Numbered from the whole stretch's first letter, positions 1 through 12,915 are shown. The stretch: 63,265 bases of DNA, filler included, from Octopus bimaculoides (GCF_001194135.2; 5 parts of 5 records of this genome joined end to end with filler, not necessarily neighbours in it), one strand, 5' to 3'. The notes: generated by a model not told the origin, from the letters alone. Numbers and translations: made by a program.

Positions 1-133
1 TTGTGATATTAGAATTTTCTTATTGTTAAATAAAATTTCATCAGACTATTTCTGTCATTTATGACTTAATATACATATAATATATTTATAGATATATGTA
101 TTTGAATAAACAAACTTCGAGTTTACAAGGAAA

Positions 134-1229
134 ATGGAGAAAACTGAGTATCTTGCTGTTAGAAAGTACCTTCATTTGAAAGGCTGACTCCATCAGAAAT
201 CCATGAAGATATGGTGAGAACCTTAACAGACAATGCTCCTTCATGTGCAACAGTCAAACGCTGGGTAAATGAATTCAACTGTGGCAGGGAGAGTGTGGAA
301 GATGATCCCAGACCAGGGAGACCTCCAACTGCAACCACCAAGGACAACCTTGACCTTACTCTTGGTATGATAATGCAAGATTGTTGAATATCATGTCGTC
401 AGATAGCCGAGAGACTGGGCATCTCAACTGAAGGGCAGACAACATTGTGACAGAAGAACTTGGGTTCTCAAAGGTTTCTGCAAGGTGGGTCCCTCGCCTT
501 TTGACTCCTGAACAGAAACGCACCAGGTGCACTTTGTCCACGAGCAATCTGGAACTGTTTGAAGCCGATGAAGAGAATTTTCTTTCTCATTTCATTACTA
601 TAGATGAAAGTTGGGTTCATTACTACCAACCTGAAACCAAAGAACAATCAAAGCAGTGTAAGCACACATTTTCTCCTACCCCAAAGAAGGCCAGGGTCAT
701 TCCTTCAGCTGGCAAGGTCATGGCATCCATTTTTTCGGATTCTCAAGGTGTCTTGCTGATCAATTACCTTGAAAAGGGTCACATCGTGACTGGGCTGTAT
801 TATTCTCAGCTACTGAAACACCTCCGAGAAGCAATCAAAGAAAAAAGGCTGGGAATGCTCTCCAGAGTAGTCCTTTCTCATCACAACAATGTGGTTGCCA
901 TGGCAACAATTCGTGATTGTGGATACGAACTTGTTCCCCATCCGTCTTATTCGCAAGACTTAGCCCCCTCTGACTTTCATCTATTTCCAAAAATGAAAAA
1001 AGCCCTGGCTGGTCACCATTTTGCCAGTGACAATGACGTCATAGACGCTGTAGGAAGTTTCTTGGAGTCCCAAACAAAAGAGTTTTTCTACGCCGGGATA
1101 ATGGTACTTCAGCACCGCTGGAAAAAGTGTTCAGCCATCGAGGAGGACTGTGTTGGAAAATAAATCATCGGAAGTCTTGTACCATCTTTTGTTTTTCTGA
1201 GGCTCAAGATTTTTCATACACCCCTCGTA
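134..1229 (+). mobile_element. Degenerate Tc1/mariner (mariner D34D-type) transposon; transposase pseudogene, left TIR absent
   Basis: ATG at 134 begins MEKTEYLAVRKYLHLK; after a frameshift it continues TPSEIHEDMV...VKRWVNEF...DDPRPGRP. ORF 447-1163 has KVSARWVPRLLT, ITIDESWVHYY and YSQDLAPSDFHLFPKMK. The second catalytic motif (normally LHHDNA) reads SHHNN. Right TIR ...TTTTTCATACACCCCTCG followed by TA at 1228-1229. Confidence 0.92.
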
Positions 1230-1544
1230 TGAAGGCATCCTAGAATGGAAGGCAGAGTTGCGAAGATGGTGTAATTGCCAAATGCATAGGTAAAACTATA
1301 TATTTGGTGAAAAGTAGAAAAGGCATACAAAAGAGACACAGGAACCAACTGAAAAAGAGATTCGTGGAAAGCGAACCAAAGAAGTTGGAGGAATGGTTGT
1401 ATGATACGTTCTAAATACCACTGCAGCTGATTGAACGCAAAAGTAACAAGTGAGAGGAAAAGAAAACAGAGTTCCTGAAAATAGATGCTAAACACAAAAA
1501 AATAAAAACTCAAAAGAGGAAGGTGGGGTGAATAAAAAAAGATT

Positions 1545-1945
1545 ATTGCTGTGCGTGAGAAGACACGGCAAGCCAAGTAAGATCGTTGCCAGTGCCCCTG
1601 GACTGGTTCTTGTGTGGGTGGCACATGAGATGCACCATTTTGAGTGTGGCCGTTGCCAGTACCGCCTGACTGGCTCCTGTAGGATTTTCGAGCGAGATCG
1701 TTGCCAGTGCGGGTGGCACATAAAAGACACCATTTCGAGCGTGGCCGTTTTCGTGCGGGTGACACGTAAAAGCACCCACTACACTCTCTGAGTGGTTGGC
1801 GTTAGGAAGGGCATCCAGCTGTAGAAACTCTGCCAAATCAGACTGGAGCCTGGTGTTGCCATCCGGTTTCACCAGTCCTCAGTCAAATCGTCCAACCCAT
1901 GCTAGCATGGAAAGCGGACGTTAAACGATGATGATGATGATGATA
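1545..1945 (+). mobile_element. Interspersed retroposon 3' portion (SINE/RTE-type tail) ending in (GAT)n
   Basis: Ends GTTGGCGTTAGGAAGGGCATCCAGC...CATGCTAGCATGGAAAGCGGACGTTAAAC(GAT)n. Contains three internal copies of a GTGCGGGTGGCACRTAAAAGCACC-like motif. Family assignment is from memory of octopus repeats. Confidence 0.65.
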
Positions 1946-2269
1946 CATGTGTGTATGTGTATACATATACATATATATCTATCTATATATATATATACAC
2001 ACACATACACATTCATGTATATATATTCATATGTATATACAGATATATATTTATATTTGCATATATAACATATATACACACATATATGTGTGGTGTGTGT
2101 GTGTATGTATATATACACATGGAAAAGTGGATGTTAAAAACAATAATGATGATAATATATATATGTAGTTTAATGTAGAACAAGTAGAAAGATATATTTT
2201 TTTCAACACGTAAATATTGAACAGTATATATAAAGGATAAAATTCTTTTAAGAGCAGAAAAATTTGCCA

Positions 2270-2344
2270 GCAACCAGCCATGAGGATTGAACTCACACCC
2301 CTCCAATATCTGGTGGAGTGCTGTACCCTTTAAGCTAAACTGCC
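2270..2344 (-). mobile_element. tRNA-like SINE head (A box and B box)
   Basis: Minus strand reads GGCAGTTTAGCTTAAAGGGTACAGCACTCCACCAGATATTGGAGGGGTGTGAGTTCAATCC, with A-box-like and B-box (GTTCAATCC) motifs. Confidence 0.5.
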
Positions 2345-2457
2345 GACCAGCAAATTCTTCTGCAATTTTAGAGGTTATAAAGTCATCTAGAAATGCTAGA
2401 TGTTATATAGATTACCTCATATGTAAATAAACAGAAGTTTTGAAGTGTTGAAACATT

Positions 2458-2510
2458 GGCAGTTTAGTTTAAAGGGTGGAGCACTCCAACCAGATATTTG
2501 AGGGGTGTGA
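2458..2510 (+). mobile_element. Second tRNA-like SINE head, truncated before the B box
   Basis: GGCAGTTTAGTTTAAAGGGTGGAGCACTCCAACCAGATATTTGAGGGGTGTGA is a near copy of the 2293-2344 minus-strand head. Confidence 0.5.
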
Positions 2511-2984
2511 CAGTAATTAATTTACAGAGTGTACTGGGTGCTTTTCATGTAGCATCAGTACCAGTGGGGTTGCCAAGTAAATTGCAAAATAAGGACCTCT
2601 CAGCTGGAGAGTGTGTGGTACTGAGGGAGAGGTTTTTTATCAGTTGAGAGGTTAAAGTATATTAGAAGGATAGTGTCTTACTATAGAAGTGATAGTGATT
2701 TACACCAATAAGAAAAGAAAGAGGAGGAAGGATAGAGTGTTAGAGAGAAAGATAGTGAGACAGACAGTGAGATGAGAGAGAAATAGATGGTGATGGAAAT
2801 GCATGGGGATATACTCACAAGGTACAATAGGGCTGAATATGAATGGTACAGAAGGGATCAAGTTGTACATTTCATAAGAGCATGAGGGGAGGTCTTTAGA
2901 GATGGAGAAAAGGTGACTGTAGTAAGTGATGGTTAGAGAAATTGGGGTGGATAGGGTGGGTCTATCATAAATATGTAAGAGTAT

Positions 2985-3215
2985 GGAGTTCTCAAGCACT
3001 GCAAATCACCAGATGTGTCAGTCTCTATCATCTCCTCTGTGGAACACTGAAGATGATTTCTCATCACTTTGTCCTTCATCTTCCTGGGTTTACCTCCTTT
3101 ACCTCTTCCACAGGTTCCCTCCATGAATAGAGATTGGAACTTCTTTATGCAGTTGTTCTCATCCATGTGCATCACATGACCTTACCAGCATAGTTTTCTC
3201 TCTCTGTACACTACA
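2985..3215 (-). mobile_element. RTE-clade LINE, C-terminal fragment of ORF
   Basis: Minus translation RKLCW*GHVMHMDENNCIKKFQSLFMEGTCGRG..KPRK matches the RTE C-terminal pattern RLRWYGHVxRM...GxRxRGRPRK. Confidence 0.75.
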
Positions 3216-3374
3216 TCTGATGCCTCTTATACCCAACTCCATTAAATTGATATTATCTGTACAAGTGCATTATGTGCCACATGTCAGATATTGAAGTGAT
3301 CAAGAATGTAATGCACCACCCAGTCCAGGAATCAATCCTACAATCTCATGATAATGTGCCCTCACACACTAGAC

Positions 3375-3664
3375 CAGGCCTGGCCAGCTTGAATTACATT
3401 GCAGCTCACTTTAATCACAGAAAGGTTTTTGAGGGCCGCTTGTATACTGACAGAATTGAAAGGATTTTGCTTTCTCATACTATTATTACAATAATGAATG
3501 AATGATTACTGATTCAACATGAAATATTATCGTTGCAAAAACAGTAGTAGCTTTTAAAATGCTTGTTTAAATAAACCCATTTCAAGAAAGTATCAAGCAG
3601 GCTACTGCAAGATAAAAGTCTGTGGGCTACATGTGGCCTGTGGGCCTCAGGTTGGCTAGCCCTG
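3375..3664 (+). mobile_element. hAT (Charlie-like) MITE with 8-bp TSD
   Basis: Imperfect TIRs CAGGCCTGGCCAGC and GTTGGCTAGCCCTG. TSD CACTAGAC at 3367-3374 and 3665-3672. Subterminal ATGTGGCCTGTGGGCC motif is typical of hAT MITEs. Confidence 0.85.
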
Positions 3665-4439
3665 CACTAGACCATGTGCCCTCACACACACACACACACC
3701 AATATATATGTATATATATTTATACATAAATAAATACATGTACATTATTTATTTATCCATTCGTACATATATATAGCACCTGAGTAGACACTGATATTCT
3801 ATATATTATTGACAGGATGATCGGCTGCTATGTCTTCACTGGACATCTGTTATTGACAAGTCTAAGGAAGGGTGACATCACATGATCTGGCAGTTCTAGC
3901 AGCTTGCTGTAGCAGATAGTTATTGCCCATCAGTGGTATAAACACAAGTGCTTTTATGCACCACAAGTCTATATGAGTGGTCCTCTCATGGTAAATAATG
4001 TAGTATTTTATGTTCTAACATAACACCCACTTTAAGTGGGAGATAAATATTACCTTTTAGTATTAATATATGTGTGTGTGTATCTATATTGGTGAGTGAA
4101 CAAACAAAAGAAGAAGGCACTCGGCACATTTAGTAGGAGTTACATATATTATTATTAAAAACAGTTTGATTTGGCCTCATACAACTTCAATTTTTGTAGG
4201 CTTTTTACCAAAACCTAGGCTACACCACTAAGAAAAGAAAGAGGAGGAAGGATAGTTCATTGGACTTGGTTAACTAAATCTGGATGTTCTTTCACAAGTA
4301 CAGCAATGGTTGTCTCTCCATTGCAAAATGTTTATTAGACGTTTGTGGATAGAGTTCAAAAGCGTCTGGAGCACTTGTATGGGTGAGAGGATAAATGAAA
4401 GAAAGAAGCACTCAACAAAGAAGCGCTTAAGGCTAGCAA

Positions 4440-4615
4440 GTTTGTGGGAGGAGTAAGTCAGTTACATTGATCCCCAGTGCTTAACTGGTACTTATTTTAT
4501 CAACCCCGAAGGTGTTAACCTTGGCAAAATTTGAACACAGTATGTAAACCTGGACGAAATGCGGGGAAGCTTTCAGCCCACCATGTTAACAACTCTGCCA
4601 GCTTGTCACCTTACT
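4440..4615 (-). mobile_element. SINE family 1, diverged copy
   Basis: AACTGGTACTTATTTTATCAACCCCGAAGG...TCTGCCAGCTTGTCACCTT aligns to the copies at 7910 and 52521. Confidence 0.7.
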
Positions 4616-4677
4616 GTTTTAAATAATAATATATATATACACATATATACAAAAGCAAACACACACACACACATACG

Positions 4678-4720
<43 letters not shown>

Positions 4721-6208
4721 CATACATGCAAATTAAAATGATTAAGAAAAGAAAGAGATATGCATGCACGTGTGTGTATGTGTATGGTCGAGCAAAGGTA
4801 TTTATCTGTCAATATTTTTGCCATATACATATGCATAGACAGTCACTCAGTAGATTGAGTAAAGTGACAATATATCAAATGATTAATATATCAAATGTCC
4901 AACTTTTAGATCAGAAGTCCATGTTTTGCTGCCAGCAATCATCTTTTTTATTTCTTTGATTCAATACTCCCAGCTGGTGAGAGATGTCAGGCATGCTGAC
5001 AATATTACCAGCTACACGCACGCACGCACGCACACACACACAATATATATGTATGTATGTAGGGGTTGGTAGGTAAGTATATGTGTGTAAAGATGTATAT
5101 GCGTGTGTGTGTATGTATATATATGTTCTATGTACTCATGCTTCGTACTTTTTTGTTTTACCATTTCATGCCCAATGTACATATATGTATGTATATATGC
5201 ATATATATATATATTATTTATATTATTATATGATTGAACGCCACGCATATTCTTCCAAGTAAGTTTTATATATATATATANNNNNNNNNNNNNNNNNNNN
5301 NNNNNNNNNNNNNNNNNNNNNNNNNNNNNNNNNNNNNNNNNNNNNNNNNNNNNNNNNNNNNNNNNNNNNNNNNNNNNNNNNNNNNNNNNNNNNNNNNNNN
5401 NNNNNNNNNNNNNNNNNNNNNNNNNNNNNNNNNNNNNNNNNNNNNNNNNNNNNNNNNNNNNNNNNNNNNNNNNNNNNNNNNNNNNNNNNNNNNNNNNNNN
5501 NNNNNNNNNNNNNNNNNNNNNNNNNNNNNNNNNNNNNNNNNNNNNNNNNNNNNNNNNNNNNNNNNNNNNNNNNNNNNNNNNNNNNNNNNNNNNNNNNNNN
5601 NNNNNNNNNNNNNNNNNNNNNNNNNNNNNNNNNNNNNNNNNNNNNNNNNNNNNNNNNNNNNNNNNNNNNNNNNNNNNNNNNNNNNNNNNNNNNNNNNNNN
5701 NNNNNNNNNNNNNNNNNNNNNNNNNNNNNNNNNNNNNNNNNNNNNNNNNNNNNNNNNNNNNNNNNNNNNNNNNNNNNNNNNNNNNNNNNNNNNNNNNNNN
5801 NNNNNNNNNNNNNNNNNNNNNNNNNNNNNNNNNNNNNNNNNNNNNNNNNNNNNNNNNNNNNNNNNNNNNNNNNNNNNNNNNNNNNNNNNNNNNNNNNNNN
5901 NNNNNNNNNNNNNNNNNNNNNNNNNNNNNNNNNNNNNNNNNNNNNNNNNNNNNNNNNNNNNNNNNNNNNNNNNNNNNNNNNNNNNNNNNNNNNNNNNNNN
6001 NNNNNNNNNNNNNNNNNNNNNNNNNNNNNNNNNNNNNNNNNNNNNNNNNNNNNNNNNNNNNNNNNNNNNNNNNNNNNNNNNNNNNNNNNNNNNNNNNNNN
6101 NNNNNNNNNNNNNNNNNNNNNNNNNNNNNNNNNNNNNNNNNNNNNNNNNNNNNNNNNNNNNNNNNNNNNNNNNNNNNNNNNNNNNNNNNNCAGCAAGATT
6201 AGGAAATT

Positions 6209-6254
<46 letters not shown>

Positions 6255-6277
6255 AAGAGAGAGAGAGAAAGAGTGCA

Positions 6278-6309
<32 letters not shown>

Positions 6310-6474
6310 CTTAAAGAAAATATGGAAGAGGAGATAAATGTATGAGGGAGGGTAAATGGGGGAGTTTATAAGTGAAAATGTGTGTGGGGAAAGAGACAAA
6401 ATGAGTGGTAAAGTAATTTTGTTTTATATATGAAGCTATGTAGGGAGGGATGTAGATTGATGCAGAGATAAATA

Positions 6475-6723
6475 TAGTAACCCCTCGCCATATCGCGGTT
6501 CACTTATTGTGGTTCACCTATCACAGTTCACCTACAGCGGTTCATTATTTAAGCTTACGTCGATTCATCTGTGGTGTTGTTTTGTAATAAAATAGATATA
6601 TACAAATTATGAAAATAATTAAAAATAATTTACAGTACAGTACTGTTTCTATACTTTATGGATTTTCACCTATCATGGGGGTGGAGTTGGAACATAACAT
6701 CCGCGATAGTTGAGGGATTACTG
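6475..6723 (+). mobile_element. Tigger/pogo-type MITE with TA TSD
   Basis: TIRs TAGTAACCCCTCGCCATATCGCGG and CCGCGATAGTTGAGGGATTACTG, flanked by TA at 6473-6474 and 6724-6725. About four internal GGTTCACCTA-like repeats. Confidence 0.8.
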
Positions 6724-6859
6724 TAGATATATTTTTTTAAAAATCAATGGAGCACATTCAAAATCGATGTTGTTGTTATAACGAATATGTAATATATATT
6801 ATATGTTTGTGTGTATTTATATATATTTATATCCTAATAATTCTATCATAATTCTATGT

Positions 6860-7275
<416 letters not shown>

Positions 7276-7779
7276 ATATATTAAACAGTAGTGGCAGTAA
7301 TAAAACTGGCTAAGCTAGATGTATCAGTGGGCATGATATTTATCCTATTAGGAATATCTTACCATTGCTCTGTCATCTACGTGATATCAGAAATATTGGA
7401 TGAACAGCAAGTGAATGGGTTGTAGTGGTGGTGGCAGTGGTGACATTAAGAACACAGGAGACACTGAGAAATCTGAAGGAAAACAGGGCAGGTAGTTGTG
7501 AAGCTGTAGGAAGGAGAGAAGAGGGAAGAGATAGAGAGAAAGAGAAACCAGTGTTAACCATATGCAATGTAATATATATATATATATATATATATATAGG
7601 TAAACTGGCTGACTCATTAGATGTCAGAGAGAATTCTTTGTAGCTTACATTTTAATGATCTGTTCTCTGAGTTCAAATCCTGCTGAAATCAATTTTACCC
7701 TTAAACCTTTTGGGGTGCAGTGGGATGGGATCGATAAACGGTGCATTAATCTAAGGTTAGATTTGTTTGTCTTAGGAAG

Positions 7780-7879
7780 NNNNNNNNNNNNNNNNNNNNN
7801 NNNNNNNNNNNNNNNNNNNNNNNTTAATTAATTAANNNNNNNNNNNNNNNNNNNNNNNNNNNNNNNNNNNNNNNNNNNN
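7780..7879. other. Artificial scaffold linker N44-TTAATTAATTAA-N44
   Basis: Palindromic 12-mer with stop codons in all six frames at 7824-7835; identical 100-nt blocks occur four times. Confidence 0.95.
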
Positions 7880-7907
7880 AACAAGAACAGACAAAGGCAT
7901 TTTAACG

Positions 7908-8145
7908 TTTCTTATTTTTTTATTGCCCACAAGGTGCTAAACATAGATGTGACTAACAAGGACAGACAAAGGGATTAAGTCGATTACATCGACTCCAGTA
8001 CGTAACTGGTATTTAATTTATCAACCCCGTAAGGATGAATGGCAAAGTTGACCTCGGCGGAATTTGAACTCAGAACGTAAAGACAGACGAATTACTGCTA
8101 AGCATTTCGTCCGCCGCGCTAACGTTTCTGCCAGCTCGCCGCCTT
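7908..8145 (-). mobile_element. SINE family 1 (tRNA-derived head, central conserved domain), tail type A
   Basis: Minus strand: head AAGGCGGCGAGCTGGCAGAA, B box GTTCAAATTCC, core GAGGTCAACTTTGCCATTCATCCTTACGGGGTTGATAAATTAAATACCAG, tail ...TTGTGGGCAATAAAAAAATAAGAA. Confidence 0.9.
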
Positions 8146-8157
8146 TCCACAACGAAA

Positions 8158-8375
8158 TATTCTATTCTACTCCAGGCACAAGGCCCGAAATTTTTGGGGA
8201 GGGGGTCATTCGATTAGATCGAAGTCAGTACGCAACTGGTATTTAATTTATCGACTCCTAAAAGATGCAAGTCGAAGCCGACATCGGCGGAATTTGAATT
8301 CAGAACGTAAAAACAGACGAAGTACCGCTAAGCATTTCGCCCGGCGTGCTAATATTTCTGCCACCTCGCCGCCTT
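8158..8375 (-). mobile_element. SINE family 1, tail type B, in tandem with the previous copy
   Basis: Same head and core, different tail (plus strand TTCTACTCCAGGCACAAGGCCCGAAATTTTTGGGG). Confidence 0.88.
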
Positions 8376-8807
8376 ATCAAATATTTAATATTAGGCAACG
8401 AGTATAAGAGTGAAGGTAAAAATCCGCAGGGACACGGGGATGGGCCTGATGGTAACAGGAGACAAGAGAAAACTTGAAAATAGGATGCTAATACAATGAA
8501 GGTGACAATACAGTAGAAGAATTAGGAAAAAATACAAACGTAGAAATGAAAGTGAAGTAGTAGAGCTACTACTACTGGTATGGGGAGCATAGTATTTGTA
8601 TTAGTAGTGGTAAAACTTGTCTCTACGTATCGATAGAAGGCCAGCGATTTTGAGGGAAGGGCGAATCGATTATGTGGACGCAAGGGCTCAACTAGTACTT
8701 ACTTTATCGACCCAGAAAAGGATCAAAAGAAATGAAAGGGCCATGAGAAACGCTACAGATATACTGTTCGGCTCGATAACGATTCTGCCATGTCACCGTC
8801 GTAATAG

Positions 8808-8993
<186 letters not shown>

Positions 8994-9385
8994 ACCTGGA
9001 GCACGAGTGTAAATGTGTGAAGTTTCAATTAAGCTGAAGAATTATTGTTTCTTCAGCCTCCGCATAATGCCTGATGGGAGCGAATTATCTAGAAGGCACT
9101 CACTCTCTCGTAGTCGGCCATATTGTGTTTGCTGATTTCAGTTTATTTTGCAAAGCCTATATCGCTGGTCTGCCAGAGTTCACCCTGTTTTATGCTACTG
9201 TTATCACTTGTTCACGAATTTGAATTTGAATTGAATAGATGTAGCATTAATCTTAGATGTGCTAGATTGTCGATACTCCACAGCAAACCTTTGTCTGTGT
9301 CTTACATGAGAAATACGCACGCACTAACTTATCACTGAACTGTTCAATTTCTTAACGTTTTATTCGTCTGATAAACACAACTTAC

Positions 9386-9476
9386 CGACGCTCTTTAAAT
9401 GAAGATCAGTATCGGACCTTTTTTCATGTCCGTCCTCAAGTTCATTAGCAATCCTAATCATGTTGTTGAATCCATA
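9386..9476 (-). CDS. Orphan candidate coding exon; 5' end hidden in the gap
   Basis: Open frame YGFNNMIRIANELEDGHEKRSDTDLHLKSV ends at a consensus donor G|GTAAGT (9385-9380), phase 1. No homology recognised. Confidence 0.4.
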
Positions 9477-10120
9477 NNNNNNNNNNNNNNNNNNNNNNNN
9501 NNNNNNNNNNNNNNNNNNNNNNNNNNNNNNNNNNNNNNNNNNNNNNNNNNNNNNNNNNNNNNNNNNNNNNNNNNNNNNNNNNNNNNNNNNNNNNNNNNNN
9601 NNNNNNNNNNNNNNNNNNNNNNNNNNNNNNNNNNNNNNNNNNNNNNNNNNNNNNNNNNNNNNNNNNNNNNNNNNNNNNNNNNNNNNNNNNNNNNNNNNNN
9701 NNNNNNNNNNNNNNNNNNNNNNNNNNNNNNNNNNNNNNNNNNNNNNNNNNNNNNNNNNNNNNNNNNNNNNNNNNNNNNNNNNNNNNNNNNNNNNNNNNNN
9801 NNNNNNNNNNNNNNNNNNNNNNNNNNNNNNNNNNNNNNNNNNNNNNNNNNNNNNNNNNNNNNNNNNNNNNNNNNNNNNNNNNNNNNNNNNNNNNNNNNNN
9901 NNNNNNNNNNNNNNNNNNNNNNNNNNNNNNNNNNNNNNNNNNNNNNNNNNNNNNNNNNNNNNNNNNNNNNNNNNNNNNNNNNNNNNNNNNNNNNNNNNNN
10001 NNNNNNNNNNNNNNNNNNNNNNNNNNNNNNNNNNNNNNNNNNNNNNNNNNNNNNNNNNNNNNNNNNNNNNNNNNNNNNNNNNNNNNNNNNNNNNNNNNNN
10101 NNNNNNNNNNNNNNNNNNNN

Positions 10121-10165
<45 letters not shown>

Positions 10166-10360
10166 ATGTATGTAAATATATGCCTACACGTATATATACA
10201 TATATGTATACACAGGCAAACATACATACATACACACACACGCGTGTGTGTGTGTCTATGAGTGTTGGTGTGGGTTTGTGCAAACGCAAGAGATGGGTCG
10301 ATTAAAATAAAATCAACATTGATTTCAGTATTCAGTAACATCACATCATCCTCATCATCA

Positions 10361-10391
<31 letters not shown>

Positions 10392-12255
10392 TATCATCAT
10401 CATCACCATCATCATCATCATTATCATCGTTATCGTCTTCATCCCCATATCAACCTTATCATCATGGTCATTATCATCATCACCTTATCATCGTCATCTG
10501 CATAATTATTCAATATATCATCCTGTCGTTGCACGATCTCACCGCGGCACATACACCGTTTCCGGCACATTACACCCGAATACCCTTTCATTGCGATTAT
10601 CTTAATATATTATTTAAGGAATCTCCTTGTATTCATGAAACATTAACAGTGAAATTGCACCGAAGTGACGTTTGTGTCTAAGGTCTTAATTATCTTTAGG
10701 CGCTTTAACAGGCGGGGAAGAAGGAAAAACAACATGGATGACTGCATGATTCATCTTGCTTATTGGCGATTCATTACAGCATAAAAGTTTCAAATTGCAT
10801 TCTACACGTTTGAGTAGAATAGTTTATTATTATTATCGACTGGGTCGCTGAAAAGGCTATAGCGTTCGGAAAACGCCTAGTGGTATATGATGTATGTTCC
10901 GCCTATTTGCGTTCTGAGTTCAAATCCTACTGAGGTCATCCATCTTCGCCAATTATCCCTACGCTGGAGGTAAAATTAACTTCTAATCAAGTTCTGGTGT
11001 GGATTTGAAGGATGAAATCTTGCCTGAACAATTTGAGATCATGCTTATATTTCAAAATGTTATAACTGAGCTGGACTACAAGAAATCTTAGCGCATCAGA
11101 CAAACTGACGTGGGATATTTATTTCGATGTTCTTTGATCTGGATTTACATGCAGCCGACGTCAAGTAAGCCGTTCATCCATTTATATCCGATAAAATGTT
11201 GCGAATATATGGGCGGCTGAATAAATATATCTCACCAAAATTCTTGAACCAGTGCATAATTAGAAATAATTAATATGGCTACAAGCTGGTAAAATCAGTA
11301 GATCGTCGGAAAACATACATTTTGGTAGAGATTGTCTCACGCATTGTCCTTTGATAAATTTGTACTTTTTAGTCTTTTAGAGAACGTGCTGCACTCCATG
11401 TGTGATTCTCGAATCATGTGAGGTTTTCCAGGCAGTTATTCACATTCTATAATATTGCATTCATGATTTACTAAAATCTTGAAAACAGATTTACTCTCAG
11501 AACTTTTAGGATTTTATGCTTCTCTAGAATTAGTTTTAAACTATTTTCCCCGTGAGTGGGACACATGATTTCAACAGATTTCATGAAATCTATCTATTTG
11601 TAGACCATATATATCAAGCTTTTTAAACATAAAATCTTGCCGTTATCTGATGCGTTCAAACTATCTTTTCTATTCTGTCTAGGCAAGTGTCTCTTGATGT
11701 GGCCAGCCACGACTTTTCAGGCCCAGAATTCTATGTTTACAATAACATCACTTCGAATAATGTTTCTTGTTCATAACCACAATTTCCAATATTCTACTCC
11801 TTATGCTGTTAATGTTGTATATATTTCTAATTTATTTTAACATTTTTTTTCGATAAAAATAATTTTATGTTGGAATTCAAATGTTTGTATTGTTCAAAGA
11901 AACGCTATTGTTTTTCATACCAACGGATTCTTTGGCCAATTACGGAGATTCTCTTGTTACAGGCGTTCTTTGATTTCAAGTAATTCTTTTCTTTCGGTGT
12001 TATAGTTCAGTACTTGTGTCTAGGCCTTCTTTCTTCCTGTTATTCCATTTCATTATTGATTTCATTAGTGATAAAGGTTGTTGTTTTCTTTTTTATTAAA
12101 TATCGTCGTATATTGTTTTATTTCCTTTTAAATTCAAAGAGCAGATATAGGTATGTACGGGCCTTCCTTTGTAACCATCACTGTTTTATGTATTATTTCA
12201 TTTGTCCGTGTGAAGTCGATTTTCGTGTTTTCATTAAGTCAGTGATGTCTAACAT

Positions 12256-12321
12256 TCATTTCTTCTTCTTCTTCTTCTTCTTCTTCTTCTTCTTCTTCTT
12301 CTCCTCCTCCTTCTTCTTCTT

Positions 12322-12352
<31 letters not shown>

Positions 12353-12364
12353 TTCTTCTTCTTC

Positions 12365-12407
<43 letters not shown>

Positions 12408-12433
12408 TCTTCTTCTTCTTCTTCTTCTTCTTC

Positions 12434-12470
<37 letters not shown>

Positions 12471-12757
12471 TTTTCTTCTTCTTCTTCTTCTTCTNNNNNN
12501 NNNNNNNNNNNNNNNNNNNNNNNNNNNNNNNNNNNNNNNNNNNNNNNNNNNNNNNNNNNNNNNNNNNNNNNNNNNNNNNNNNNNNNNNNNNNNNNNNNNN
12601 NNNNNNNNNNNNNNNNNNNNNNNNNNNNNNNNNNNNNNNNNNNNNNNNNNNNNNNNNNNNNNNNNNNNNNNNNNNNNNNNNNNNNNNNNNNNNNNTCTTC
12701 TTCTTCTTCTTCTTCTTCTTTTTCTTCTTCTTGTTCTTCTTTCTCTTCTTTTTCTTC

Positions 12758-12789
<32 letters not shown>

Positions 12790-12915
12790 CTTCTTCTACT
12801 TCTTCTCCTTCTTCTTCTTCTTCTTCTACCCCTTCTTCGTCTTCTCCTTCCCCTTCTTTTTCTTCTCTTCTTCTCCTTCTTCTTCGTCCACTTCTTCTTT
12901 TCTTCTTCTTCCTCA
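12256..12915. repeat. Compound (TTC)n/(TTA)n microsatellite with gap
   Basis: Alternating TTC and TTA blocks. Confidence 0.95.

Noticed and set aside
447-1163. Mariner ORF as an active or domesticated (SETMAR-like) gene
   Set aside because: The N-terminus has a frameshift and stop, the second catalytic Asp motif is destroyed, the left TIR is missing and there is no SET exon.
7363-7476. Strong minus-strand acceptor (TTTTCCTTCAG) as the next exon after 9386
   Set aside because: All frames close before the nearby donor, the product is low-complexity, and an artificial scaffold join lies between the two.
10540-10600. Minus frame MKGYSGVMCRKRCMCR before GTGAGA, EGF-like by eye
   Set aside because: There is a stop five codons upstream, no credible acceptor and only a partial cysteine pattern.
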